The position numbers were made by a program, and so were the translations under genes. A stretch of 64,000 nucleotides of DNA, taken from the NCBI GenBank assembly GCA_951406725.2, contig OX597816.1:105276001-105340000 (forward strand), read 5' to 3'. This DNA comes from Octopus vulgaris (Eukaryota). Under the pieces are notes generated by a model. The model was given only the letters and a program-made list of their open reading frames with translations, was not told where the DNA came from and made no database searches. Below, one piece after another: positions 25,962-39,840 of the stretch (position 1 is the first letter of the stretch; each line of letters starts with the position of its first letter).

Positions 25962-26028
25962 AATCATAAGATATAAACAATAGAAACAACCTTTTATGAA
26001 ACGAATAATGAAAACAAAGTATTCTTAC

Positions 26029-26085
26029 CCAAACAGCAACATTGTAGGGACCCCAGTGTTTCATGAAAAAGGAGGCTCCAATAGT
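26029..26085 (-). CDS. RAB20: Rab20-like GTPase, coding exon 3 (switch I/RabF1)
   Basis: TIGASFFMKHWGPYNVAVW, 57 nt, AG/GTAAGA; resembles the Rab20-type shortened segment (TVGGAFYLKQW.SYNISIW in vertebrate Rab20, from memory). Confidence 0.92.
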
Positions 26086-28383
26086 CTATATAAAGATAAA
26101 ATATATAAATTTTTAAAGAAACAAAGATTTAATAAAATGGCAGTAAAATAAATACTCAGAAAATATTATCTATGGAAGTCACCAACAATGAGAAGGATAG
26201 AAACAAATTTAAACTTAAACAGACTTCTGGATATGCAGTAGCTGATTATTAAACATTGCAAGCAAGTATTAGTATGTTATTTATCTGTCTTTGGACTATT
26301 GTATTTATACATATCTTCAGAATAGCTGTCATATTTAATACAAACTGCTATTTTTAAAGGAAGCATGCTTTCATTAACCACAAAGATATATAATGTTCTG
26401 GTGTACACCTTGTCTGTGAGGTCCACTAGCTTGAGGGGGGACACTACAAAGGCAATGATCAACCATTACCTCTTTATATAGACTATTATAGATTTCTTAC
26501 ATTAAACTCATAACATAGGTGGCCACAGACAAGCATTACCCTTTTGTTAACAACCTACCTGAAACTGGCTTAAAGTATAGATATTCAAATTAAAATCTTA
26601 TATTATGATTTTCTAAGAATTTTTAAAATTATGTTCCAAACACAAGCTTAATAATGACTTAATCCCACCCAAATTCTTCATCATAGCTAAAATTAACTTG
26701 AGCACAGTGGTAGTCCATTTCAGGAGACATAGTGGGAGTAAGTGACTGGACTACAAGTTACAAAAAACTATTACAACATAGTTGATGAACAATTATAACA
26801 GATAACCTCCAACATCATGATAATGTATATTTACATATGCATAAGTGTGTTTTGTGTATGTGTGTATTAAACCCCTTACATTTTTCTGATATCTGAGGAG
26901 ATGGGTTTGTCCTACACACTCACAAGACTTAAAGTCATATGGAACTGAGTCAAGCTGTTATTAAAAAATATATGTAACTCTGCCAAATGTGTTAAGTATT
27001 ACTTTTGTTTGTTCACTTGTATTAGTGGTCAAAATTCCGTTGAGTGCCATTTACAAAGGCCAGATAAACAGTTGATAATGGGGAGAGAACTACTGCAGTA
27101 CTCTAATATTTATCCAAATACCACCAAGGAAACATTATGCAGCACACCCATCAAGAAAAAAGAAAGCATTATCAAGTGTATGCTCTAAAAAGTTTTTTCC
27201 TTCAAGAATTTTTCCACCACCACATCTGAATACAAACTCTGCTTTAAATCCTGGGAGTGCCCTCCCCAGATAAAGAACAAAGGTCCTTTATCTGGGGAGG
27301 TCACTCCCAGGATTTTTGAAGCTGATTTAATGAACGTCATAAAAAGAAGATATTGGCATCATTCTAACCCTTTCCTAAGTTCTTTAAACAATTACATGAC
27401 ACATATTAAACAATCATGTAATGTACACATTCTTGCTGACAAAACAAAGGATAGACATTAAACAAACACTTGCAGACTTACAAACACAATCACCAAACCA
27501 TAGAAGAAAATCGACATCTCTACATACAAACACAGAAGCAAAAGAGTTAGTCATTCTTCTAGATACAAAGGACTGTGTGAACCACTTTACCACACCCCTG
27601 CCCCATCTCACTCTTAAGGATCATAAGCCAAACTTCATTTCTACTTTCAAATGCAGGCTCGAAGAGCAAAATTGGTTTTGAAGGTATACTTTGTAGTTTT
27701 GTAGTGTATTTTTGATGCCATCAACTCCAATATTGGAAGGAGTACAAGGTTGATCCAATAACATTGTAGTACTGCAGTAATCAACTGGTTCCACAGCAAC
27801 AAGAATAAAGCAGCCTGCAGGTTTGCTCAGTTTAATATTGTGGATTTCTACCCTTTAATATCAAAATCCCTGCTCTTGAAGGCATTAGACTTTCATTTGC
27901 AAATTACCAAAATCAGTGACATAGATATCAAAATCATCGTGAATGTTAAAAAGTCAATCTTGGTTCAGTTCATGGTGATTCCAACAAGGTAAAGAAGGTA
28001 GGCAGCCTACTGTTTGATGTATCTATGGGGTACTACAATGGGGCTGAGATCATTGGCTTCGTTAGGTTAGTTATATTGGGTACTATAAGGAAGCACACAC
28101 ATACCCATACTAAGGTTCTGAACAAGAAGGGCATCCAATCTTGGAAATATTACTTCAACAAATCTCATTCAAGCCATGACAGCATGGAAAAACATGCCAA
28201 TACAAGAATACAGTTTTTCCTTACAGAAAACACAAAACATAGCATAGAACTCAATCAATAAATGTACTACAAAGTTCAGTCTAATATGGCTTCCATTAAT
28301 GAAAAATGAAGTTAATTATTCCTTCAATTGAGAATAATTAACTAGTTGTACTAGTTGTCTATGGTAATGTGATATCCTATGTA

Positions 28384-29877
28384 CACCCAGAACCACGCTA
28401 ATAGCTTAGGAGTGAAATTTAGGATTTCCCAGTTTTCTGTGAATCAATTTTAATAAAACTTTTCCCAGCTGGTTTGCACACTATGGCAACATCATTATTC
28501 TGTTTTCATTATTCAGTGTAGCATCCTTTCTTTTTTATTTCAGATTCTTCAGTTTTTGGGTGAATCATGCTAATAGCATCTCTCCTCTCTAAGACCACTG
28601 GGATGTGGAAAAGGCCTTAATGAAGAAGGAAAGCCTGTCTCTTCATGTCAGTGCAGAGAAGTCAGGTTGTCATGTGGACACAATTAGACGAGTCCTGAAG
28701 GACCCTTTGTCAAGGAAGGAACAATCTAATTGTGGAATCTCCAAGACTGTGACTAGGGATTTAAGGAATATTGGTCGTAAGTTATGTGGGAAGCCTGCAC
28801 AAACAAGCAAAGCTATTTTCACCACTTCCGGACTTCCTCATGTACTGAAAACCACTAGAAATTGCATCCTCGGGACCATGGCTTCCATGCCAGAACACTA
28901 GAAACTGCCTCTTTTAAAACCCCATCACAAAAGTTTGAGACTTCAAATGGGCCCAAAAGTACATGACATTAGACATCAGTAATGTTCTGTTCACTGACGA
29001 AATCCGTATAATCTTTGACAGACCTGATGGTTGGGTCTATTTTGGAGATGAGCATCACCAATGTTTACGACATCAACAACAGGGTGGAGGAGTCATGTTG
29101 TGGGCTGGTCTCATTGGGGACAGACTTGTTGGCCCAATCAGGGTACCTGAAGGGGTTAAAGTGACCACAGCCACCTACTGAAATCTCCTTAAGGAGGTCT
29201 TGGATCCCTGGCTAGATGACTGTCACTTCTAAGGAATCTCATATTCATGCAGGACAACACTCCCACCCACTCTGTTAAGACCACCAAACATTACTAGGGT
29301 CTTACAGCATACAAAGTGAAAGGTTGATGGTGTGGCTGCCAGCGTCTCCAGATCTCAACCTTATCAAAAAATCTTTGGTCCATCATTAAACAAGATGTGT
29401 ATGCCGATGGATGCCAATTTACATCAAAAGATGTCTTATGGGCGACCATCAAAACTGCAGTAGAAGCAGTCCAACCTGCTATTAAGAAATTGACAGATTC
29501 CATGACTAATAGGGTTTTTGGAAGTTATCCATCAAAAGGGAGCTCACGTGGCTAAATAATTCATTATGTCAATAAATGCTATCATATTATTATGGTTTAC
29601 TGCTAAATATATATACTCAATGTATGCTTAATGTATCATTACCCTTCATTTTCTGAAAAAAAATTGTCAAGATTAGCTACTTTTATTCAAAAGCTACTAA
29701 CGTGGTTCACCCAAAAACTGAAGAATCTGAAATAAAAAAGAAAGGATGGCATACAGAATAATGAAAAGGTGTTGCCATAGTGTGCAAATCAGCTGCGAAA
29801 AGTTTTACCAAAATCAATTCACAGAAAACCGAGAAATCCTAAATTTCACCCCTATGCTATTAGTGTGGTTCTGGGTG
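28384..29877 (+). mobile_element. Full-length but decayed Tc1-family DNA transposon (TRT/DD37E-like) in Rab20 intron 2
   Basis: TA on both sides; roughly 200-bp TIRs (CACCCAGAACCAC... / ...GTGGTTCTGGGTG); frameshifted transposase with VLFTDE, GGGVMLWAG, VGPIRVPEGVK, FMQDN and SPDLNLI motifs. Confidence 0.9.
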
Positions 29878-30161
29878 TATGTCACGCATGGCACTTCATA
29901 ACAAATGATGACTAAATAATTTAAAATATTGATGCATGTTTTCCAGATCAATTCCACACCCGAGAATTATCATAGACATAACAATCACATTTCTCCCTAA
30001 TAATCTCCAGAGAAGTATCTAAGATAGACAAGGAAGTAAACTAGGCATATTTATTTTAGCAAGTAACTGATGTTCTAACTATTCCCTCAATGTTTCAATG
30101 AACAATAATATTATCATTTTAAGTTCCTTTCATTTTCCTAACATAAGGTCCATACCAAAAC

Positions 30162-30200
<39 letters not shown>

Positions 30201-30814
30201 AGTCATCTAAGAATCCATAATTCATCAAAAATATAAACTCATATTTACCAATAGAGTGGACATATTAATCAAAGTATACAATGTCAGAGATCCATTTCAG
30301 AAGGATCTTACCAGTCAGTTTCACACTGGGGATTATCTGGGTATTAGATAATAGCACAGTTAAATAATACCCCACGCTCTTCAGAGATGAAAGGTTTGGA
30401 AACAAAATGGCATATCTCAATGAAGTGCATGTGTGTGGGTGTGTGCACATAAGTTTACCCCAGGTTTTAAAATATACATGCTGCATCCCTACAGGTCACA
30501 GGAGACAACTAAAAGTGTTGGCATTAGTAAGGACATCTAGCTGTAAAAAAAACTGCCTGAAAATATGCCTTTCAACCCCTTCAGGTTTAGGAAAACAAAC
30601 AAAATGATGAAATTCATCATAATTTAATGTCCATGTCCCAAACTGGCATGTGTTGGATGGTTTAACATGATGCGATGGGTCCAAGAACAGCATCGAGCTG
30701 CGTCTGCTCAGGCAGAGTTTCTACGGCTTGACACCAACCACAATATTTTATACATAAATATATGTATTTGTTTTGCAATATTCTTGATGTGAAATCATAT
30801 GTTGAAACAGATAT

Positions 30815-31020
30815 TGTTATAATAGGGGATGGTCATATTTTTGAAGAGGAAACACATGAGATAAAGAGATGCTGAAGACGTCACAGGATGTTTGATAAAA
30901 GGGCTTACACAAAAGACACTAAAACAATAATGATGGTGATGATGATAAAGCTAAAACGAAGACCAAATATACAGTGCAGGTGTTTAATTGACAAAAATAT
31001 GACCATCCCCAAATATAACA
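30815..31020. mobile_element. Small MITE with about 28-bp TIRs
   Basis: TGTTATAATAGGGGATGGTCATATTTTT / AAAAATATGACCATCCCCAAATATAACA. Confidence 0.55.
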
Positions 31021-31489
31021 GTGTGTGTGTGTACACACAAACTCACATGCATACACATGTCTGTTAACTATTTCCTATTTTAACACAATTTCTTTCAACA
31101 AGAAATCAAGCCTGAGGAGATAGTATGAAAAAGGATATCATTACAAAAAATAAACACCTCTCCAAACATATTTAAATACACACACAAACACATATACACA
31201 CACACACACACACATGCATTTAAAACTGTGTACAGTTAAAAGATATTTTTCCATGGGTACCAAATAAATGTACATTTCTGTCACACTTAGAAATACACTA
31301 TTCTGGCTCATCTATTTAAAATCTCATCAGCATCGTCATTCTAAGTTTATTTCTCATGCTAGCATCATTTGAACAAGTTGTGACTCCCTTTGTTGGATCA
31401 AGGGAGCATATTTTGTCTTGGCTCACACAGCTTTCCAATGACTGTTTGTACTACTATATACATAGAAATGAATTCCTAAAACTTTATTA

Positions 31490-31790
31490 CATACATTGAC
31501 CCTAACTCAATATTTACTGCATTCACTGAGCCTGACTTTCATAATACTACATATATATATATATATATATTAATCCTGATTCATTGATAATATATACTAA
31601 ATACATTAATCTTGACTTCTTGATATTAACTACATTCATTGATCCTGCTAATATTCACTACATTCACTGATCTTGATTCTTTAATAATACTAACTGCATA
31701 TACATGGATCCTGATTCTCTGATACTACAAATACACTATCCTGACTTTCTGATAATACTTACTACATATATTGATCCTGACCGATAATAA
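31490..31790. repeat. Degenerate minisatellite, about 30-35-bp unit, about 9 copies
   Basis: Recurrent ACTACATWCATTGATCCTGAYTYT..GATAAT unit. Confidence 0.75.
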
Positions 31791-32999
31791 GCGTCTTGGC
31801 TAGGTTTACACTTTGTTCTAAGTTTAAATTACTCAAACAATGCTCAAATAATATGTTCATTTTTGTTTGTACTTTGTGTGCGTGTGTGTGCATGCGCATG
31901 TGTGTATAGCATAAAAGTCATCAGTCCTATACATGTTACTTCACTACAACCACAGTTCAAGTAGATATGGTTCTCCTTTATTTTTTTTTTTTAAAGTAAC
32001 AAATTTTAAAAAGTGATGACATAGCAAATAGAACAGGTCACATTGCAGTACACTGAAAACAAGGAAATAGAAAGATAAACAGCTGAATGATATGGAAAAA
32101 TAGAAAATAGAATATAATGGTCTAAATTTTAGCAACACAGAGCAGAGACAATGCATAATATTGTTACTAATCTTCAGAATGGTTGTAAAGAAAGATGCAT
32201 AAATACAAGAGCAGGTAAATTTACAAAGTTAATCAAGATACCATGGAAACAAGTGTGACCATGAGACAATAATAATATAACAACTATATATGGTAGCAAT
32301 TGAATACTAAATATAACAATCATAGCCGTTTTGTGAAAACTTGAGATAAATCTCCATTTGATGGTCATTAAAATAAAGAGCAAGTGATGCATTTAAAAAT
32401 TATCTTTATTCTTACATTGAAAATGAAAACACGAACAGGGGCTTGTTAATTGTTGCTATTTTCATGTATTGATGTCAATATTCAGTAAACATAAATAGAA
32501 GCAACCCATACAAAAAAAAAACGACAATCAGAAAAAAATTCATGATTGAATATTAACTATAGTGCTCATATAATCCTTCAAATAGGACAGCACCTAATAA
32601 AAAGTAAAAAGAAAAAGTGAGAGAGAGAGATTAGCAAGAAGCAGCATTTGGGATGAAAGTCCTATTTGCAATGAGGAAGCAGTATTAAAATTGAGTATAT
32701 TAGATTACATATAAAGTGAGATAATGAGATGGTGTTTTCAAAAAGATACATTATATATAATTATATTTGTGCATAGCCTACATACGCACATATATACACA
32801 GAGCTTATGTGTTATGTTGTGGCACAGGTAAATGAAAACTAATCTTAAGTGGGTCTGACTTGATCTTTGAAATCAGTTTGCAACTGATAAAATTGAAGCA
32901 TTTTCTAGCCATAAATAAGAAGTCAAGACCTAGTGATATAATTTAGGCAAAATTATATATTTGAGGTTATGATTAAAGATAATCAGAGATTGTAATGAC

Positions 33000-34050
33000 C
33001 TTGCAACTGTTCAACTTTGAGAACATTAGTTGTGCATACAGAGAGAGTAGTGCAAAACAGTTCCTCTTCATGTTTAGCAATTGTATTTATGCTATCTTTA
33101 AAGTCACTGTTCATGAATGTAGTATAAGTTTAGTTTGATATCTAGGTTGGATGTCATGACACTTGTGTGCAATACAATGAAGAAAGAGGGGGGGTGTTAT
33201 CTTTAGAGCTGACTGCAGTTAGAAATAACAGCACAAAGGTCATAATGTATGAAAAAAAAGTGTGTTAAAGTCTTAAACCAACCAAAGCATACCAGAGTTT
33301 ACAGAAATGTAATACTAGAGAATCTTGTAAATGCACACTGAAATGGAATAGCCAGTAAGGTGAGAGACAGGTAAATTGGTAAGGTAGTTTTTGTGTCAGA
33401 CACAACAAAAGACTTTGTTAGTGTTGTGGACAACAAAATTACTTGCACTAAAACTTTCAAGACTGAGAGATCACTGACATTTGATGTAGAAAAGAAAATC
33501 TCCAGTAGATATAAATACAGGGTATTGTTAAAAAGCAGATAAAAAACAAAGTGTAGAAGCAAGTGGTTGTTTATGAAAGTTTGTACAATCATCTGAATAT
33601 TAGAAGGGAAGGCTATAAACCAACAGTGACAGGTGAGACTGCCTTACTTTGGACAATTTGTCATAAATTTTCATGCATTTGAGACAAGCCCATGCAGAAT
33701 GAAACTGAAAAATTAAGTGAGGACAGGAGCTTTCTCAAGAACACTTATAGTAAAAAGAACACTGACAAGACCTATTACCTTTGTAGATTGGAGTGGTCTG
33801 AGAAGCTTTTGCATTTGGTAGCTATGCATACATTGTGAAGTGGAGAAGGTAAGTTTGAGAAGGATTTTGTTGTGTACAGCTCATAGCTAAAGAAATAAAA
33901 AATGTTGCACAGCTTATTTGTAGATACTATATAACAACTTATTGTGAATTCAAAATTATATACCACAAATGTTTTGGTAACTGTATCACTTACAAGAGAA
34001 CTCGAAATACATCTCCAAGATTCCTTCACCAGGAAGGTTGTGTAGCAATA
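33000..34050 (-). mobile_element. Highly decayed LINE RT remnant
   Basis: Weak NYxPISL-like and FxDD-like remnants in broken frames. Confidence 0.35.
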
Positions 34051-37000
34051 ACCATTTTAGCCATTTTGAATTGTGGCGCGAATTGGTAATATGACGTAAT
34101 GTCTTTGCCGAAGAATTATCATTTTCGTTTTTTTTCCCATTGGTTAAAATAACTGCTCATATAAAGATTCTAGAAGTTTCGAAAAAAATGTTTGTCCTGA
34201 ATTTCGATTCTTTTTGGTCAGGTTGAGCAGTTATAAAAACCCTGGATTTGGGGAGAGACTTTAGTGTTCGTTTGGTAGTCACTCAACTCCACGTCACTCA
34301 CTCTTTTGGGATCATCGGTAAATTTTTATGCCATGTCTACGTTAGTCACAAATCTATTTTAATTTGTTGGTTAACGTATTAGATAGAAAGAAGAAATTAG
34401 CTAAGGAATTTATAGTCGTTTTTCTTCACGACGAAGTTATCTTTCTTACTGTAAATAAATATAAATGTGTTATTTTTATATAATAAAAAATAATTAAAAA
34501 GAATATGTTTCTCTTCACATTTGTTTTTCAACTGAGCATAGATAAATATGCATTTCTGTAATCTTTGATTTATGTTTCTTATAGCGGTTTAAAGGACACG
34601 ATTAAAATATTCAACATACATGGTCGTTAATGTAGCGTTCCATGCGTATATGTCTATATGACGTTATAACTGCAGTTAGGGTTAAAGATATAATGATAAC
34701 ACTTGAGTATAAGTGACGTTGAATCATTATATTCTTCCTTACTCAGAGAAAAGCCTAAATAAATAATATAACCTAAGAGAAAGCTTAAGGTAGAATAACC
34801 GAAAAACCGCCGTAGGAAAGTTGTTTTAACTATGTTAATATGGCATACAAAACATTTTAGTTCCCTTGATTGTTGTTGCATAGCACTAAGTTAGCTCAGT
34901 TCCACAATGAAGTGCTTCAATAATTGTACTAAAGAAATATTGGTACTTGACACTAAACACTTTTCCTTCTTTATCATCCATCCATCAAAACTCCATAGCT
35001 CAAGGAGGTCATAAATACATAGAAACATGTGTTTCAAAAGCATATAACCTGGTGGTATTTATCTCCTCTCCAGATATCTGTAAAAAACTCTTCAGCCTTT
35101 TGATAGGTATTTTTCTTTTTTAATTCTGCTAGATCCCCACACACCATCTTCACCCAATAAACTGAACTGGAGGTGGTTAATTGCCAGCCACCAGCTATGA
35201 GTTAGGTAATAGTAGATAACATGACACAAGTAGCATGTAGCACATGACACATCAAACCCTTCTTATAATATCTTAAAACTTCATGATTTGAATTGTACAC
35301 ATACACTCAATGCTGCTGCAGAAGTAAACTTGATTTCTTACTTAGACCAAACAATGTCTCCGATCCTGAGAAAAGGGAAAATGTCATTGCATACTATTTA
35401 AAATAAGTTAAATCTTATTAGTTAATTATTGCTGTTCCGATTCCATTCATATCGTAACTGCTACTTTATTTGAACGACTCAGGAAGGATGAAAGGTAATG
35501 ATGACCGTGAAAGGATTTCATAGAGATTAAATAATAAATATTTACAAACTATTGAATTAAAACTGGTTCATCAAAAAGCTCTTTAATTTGCTCAACAGAG
35601 TAATAGAATGTAATATTAATTCATATATTCATCCCAATTCTGATGGCCTTAAAATCTCTGCTAATGACTTATCCTTTTATTTTTGTTCTTTTTAATCTTT
35701 AAGAAAAAAATACTATTCAACATACATGATTAGAGTTTGGGAAGCTAGTTCCAACAGAATATTGCTACATCATGCACTGTACAACTCACAGTACAACTTA
35801 TGAACTGCCTCAGAAATTTGCTTGACTGTTCCAGCTTTTGCCCTTACCAAATGTTTAAAATAGTTTTATCTTTGGATCTGACCATTTATCTAAGTTAGCA
35901 TTGATTGTTTCTTCCTTCATCAGTAAAAATAGTGGTTTGTGTTATTACTTAACCCTACCCTGATCAAGTAGACCTATGACCAAAGGAATTTCAGCAGTGA
36001 CCATTTTTTTTTTGCCTTTTTTTATATATTTACATCTAGAACTAAACTGTGTAATGTATCATTTTCTGTTTTAAGACAGTATGGTGTGATTAGTGAGAGA
36101 GGGTCGGTTTTTTTTTTTTTGCTTCTTTTTAGCATTCTGAGTAACACTCATGTTTAATGTAATTTTAATGATATATAAACATGTGACAGTGCTGCTAATG
36201 TTATTATGCAATTTGACCTTAACAACACAGAATTTCTGAAATTCATAGCTGACTTAATAGCTGCTACAACCATTAAATAAGGAGTTATTATCTAAATTAA
36301 CCATTTTACTGCTACACCATTTTATACCGTTAAAAAAATAATATACTACTGAACATTTTCATACAGATATTGGTGACCGTTTTTTTTTAGCTTTGATATA
36401 GCTTTAGGTTTTCTTCAACAGGTCAATTGTAATGACCTATTATCAAAGATGTTTTGATATCATGAGACCTCTTGTGTAATGATCCTTTTCACAGTGGCAT
36501 ACTGGATGACAAAGTGTCAAAATGTGTCTCTTGGATTAAATTTGCTAAATAAATAGAAAGCAGAGTAATTTCTGACAAGTCTTTCCAAGATCCTACTTTC
36601 AGAATCACAGAACCTTTACTTCTTAAAAACTGAATTATCCTTTTTACCCTGCTGTTACTGTCACTTCTTTTTGAAACAAACCTTTAGCATCAGCAGGTTA
36701 TTGTTTCTGTCTCATTGTGAAATTATTATTCATGTTTTGATGAATAGCTAGACTAGATGTATATAACTTATTTCACAACAAGTGAAATTTGGTTCCCTTT
36801 CACATCTAAGGGCTCAATAGTTTTAAATAAGAAATGACAGATTGTAACAACCAGTTCAATCTATGCTACTATGGAAAAGTGGACATAAAATGATAAAGAC
36901 AAGGTGAGTTTAGCTGTTATTTCAGCATAAAAGCTGAGAAACAAACTATATAAAAAATTTCAAGCTAGATTCACTAATAAACTGCAAAAATATTATGAAG

Positions 37001-38087
37001 GCAAATCTTATAGATTAGAAGCTATCATAAGTGAATACCTGTAAGAATTATCATCAAACTTTTGAAATTTGAAATCACACCCAACAGAATAAAATGTTTG
37101 ACTGTCAACCTAAAAAATTGACAAGCTCTTAATCTAGGCTGCACTATGACATTAGCCAAAACATTTAATAAAGTAAACTGTATAATCTAAGGAAAGTAGT
37201 GCTAATCTGTACTAGAAATTAGTGCATATAAACAGTTCAAAAATGAAAAAAATGTTTCTATAAGGAAGGGAAAAAAGTCAAACATTTCAAGTAGTACACT
37301 TCAAAGAATGATACATTCAATCCTATTTTTTAAAAAAAGGACCCATTGCTCTTCAATGAAGGGCTCTGCCTAAAATATTAGTCTTTTCTTTCCCTACGGC
37401 AACCAATTTATTTCACTTTTGAACTGCTTGTTCTGAGAGGTTACCCTACCTCGCTACAAGTACATACACACCTTGTGGGACTGAACCCAAAAGAACATGA
37501 TTGGAAAGAGAACTTCTTAACCACACACCTAAGCCTATAAATACTTCCTTGTAATACTAAGAAATTTCTGAGGCATAGCAATGTCACACTGTCATTATTT
37601 CAGAAGAAAATTTACTTGCAAATTCTTCTCTACAAATAATGTTAAGCAATATACATTTAAAAAAAAAAAATTATGTGATTATACGTGTGCGGGTAGATGT
37701 AATTATTTATACATATATCTGTCTATGAACAAGCCTGTTTCTGGGTGTACTAACAAAGAAAAAGTGCTCAATATAAAGAGTTCATTCATATGAAAATGAT
37801 GGCTCACTCCTTATTTCATGTTTGTTCATGCAACAAGAAATTAATCTGAAACTTGAATAAATATCAAAAAGAGAGAAACTCAAGAGTAGTGACAGAGTTA
37901 AATGTCAGATTTGACCAATATATATAAATATAAATATACGCATACATAAACACTAGTTATATATAAAGTAAATAAAGTTATATTTAGCTGTTCACATCAA
38001 CAGATTTATCAGAAAACTTTCTAAATCTGCTGATGCTTTCTATACCACAAAATGTGTATATGCCAGAACTACATAAACATTGCTTAC

Positions 38088-38181
38088 TGAATCGGTGGTG
38101 ACAAATTTTCCATCAATATATCGACATATTAAGGAGGTTTTACCAACATCTTTATCTCCAAGAATCACCACTTTCAAATCT
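38088..38181 (-). CDS. RAB20: Rab20-like GTPase, coding exon 2 (P-loop)
   Basis: TTTCAG acceptor; DLKVVILGDKDVGKTSLICRYIDGKFVTTDS with G1 GxxxxGKT; donor GTAAGC. Confidence 0.92.
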
Positions 38182-39392
38182 CTGAAAAAATATGAAATTT
38201 AGGAAAGTTATTTTATTTTGATATTTCATCATATTTCTTAAATATAAACAAAATAGTTTTTCTATTAAGAAAAAAAATTATTTGTCAGTTGAAAATATTC
38301 GAATATATCTGAAATGTCAAATAAAGAGTGTTAACAGTCCATGAAGTCTCATATGCCACAGGACAGGATTGGCAATAACAAAGAGCATATTTATAAGCTT
38401 CATTAGGATGATGATGACAGTAGGTCAATCATGACTATGTCATATAAACTCTTTTAAACAGGAAACCACCAATAAAACATCTGCAAAACGTGTCAGCTTT
38501 TTAAGGACACCTAATTCAAAAGCTCTAACTTTCTTCTGGCTTATTTTTTTTTTTACCTTACTTCTCAGATAAATAATGTCAGACATCAGGCTGACTCAGC
38601 AAATAAAAAGACGCACAGTAATCATTGTCTTAAAAATATAGAATGATGACACAGATGGCTCACTTCTTGAAAGCTACCCGAACTTGTCAAAGTTCAAAAG
38701 GAACTGGAAGCTGCTGACAGAGATCCAACATCAGCAGCTAAATAGAAAACACATGCACAAGGTCCTAATACCATCAGGACACAACTTTTTGCAAAAAGTT
38801 GAAGGTGCAGGTATGGCTGTGTGGTAAGAAGTTTCCTTCTCAGGATTATTTGTACCAATTTGTTTTCAAATACAGCTTTTCCTTATTGAGCTATGCATCT
38901 TTTTCTAAATTCAAACAAATGACCTCAAACAACTGATGCATCCTGTGTTGATTCAGTACAAATTTTTGCTATTACAGAAGAGTGTATCTTTGGGAAAGAA
39001 ATTACAATTTCCTTCTTAAGCTTACTCCAAACTTACAATGTAATGCATTGAATGGTTAAGATATAAGAATTATGAAACAAATACTGAATTTTAAAGCATA
39101 ACAATACTTTAAAAATCCAATATACCAAAGTACAGTTAATGTTTTTATGTAGATTGAAATAAATTATATTCAAGTTTTCACTAAGACAGTATAGATATTA
39201 GAGCTGGTTCATTAATAAAATATATTACTTTCCAGTTTTAACTAAAAACAGTAATATAAATCTAAAACAATTAGTTAAAAAAAAACAATACAACAAAATA
39301 TTCTAATATATAAATGATCACAGCTATTTCTTCAGTAAGAAAGTGAACAACATGGATTTACCATTTCTCATATACAATGGATGGTGTATATA

Positions 39393-39840
39393 TGAGGATG
39401 GGCTGAAAAGTTCATATGCTGACTATGAAGGAATGAAGCTAGAGCTATGAAATCTTGCATGCATTAACTTCAGATCTTCTTAATAACTGCATTGTTTCTT
39501 TGCAGGTAAACTGACATATGACTGTTCAAAGACTTCAAAAGTAACTAGTAGTGACTTCCTTTGGAAATTGACAAAATTTGGCATTATGCTGTTATCAAGT
39601 ACCTGCAGAAAATGGGTTGAGCCCCCAAGGACATTCATGCTGGTATGCTTACTACATTAGGGAATGACACACCAGCTTTATCAACAATGCAAGTGGGCAG
39701 CAGAATTTAGGATTGGAAGGGAGAGTCTTGAAGATGACCCAATGTCTGGACATACTGCAGCTATGATGACATGTTGAAAAATAAATCTCATTTGGTTACA
39801 TTCCATGAGAGTATCTTTGTCAGCTTATGAACTTTTCACC
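39393..39840 (+). mobile_element. Internally deleted mariner (MITE-like)
   Basis: TIRs TGAAAAGTTCATATGCTGAC / GTCAGCTTATGAACTTTTCA; HTH remnant VIKYLQKMG..PKDIH...WAAEFRIGRESLEDDP.SG. Confidence 0.75.

Noticed and set aside
31490-31790. Possible CRISPR-like array
   Set aside because: Units are degenerate tandem repeats with no unique spacers, there are no cas genes, and the context is eukaryotic.
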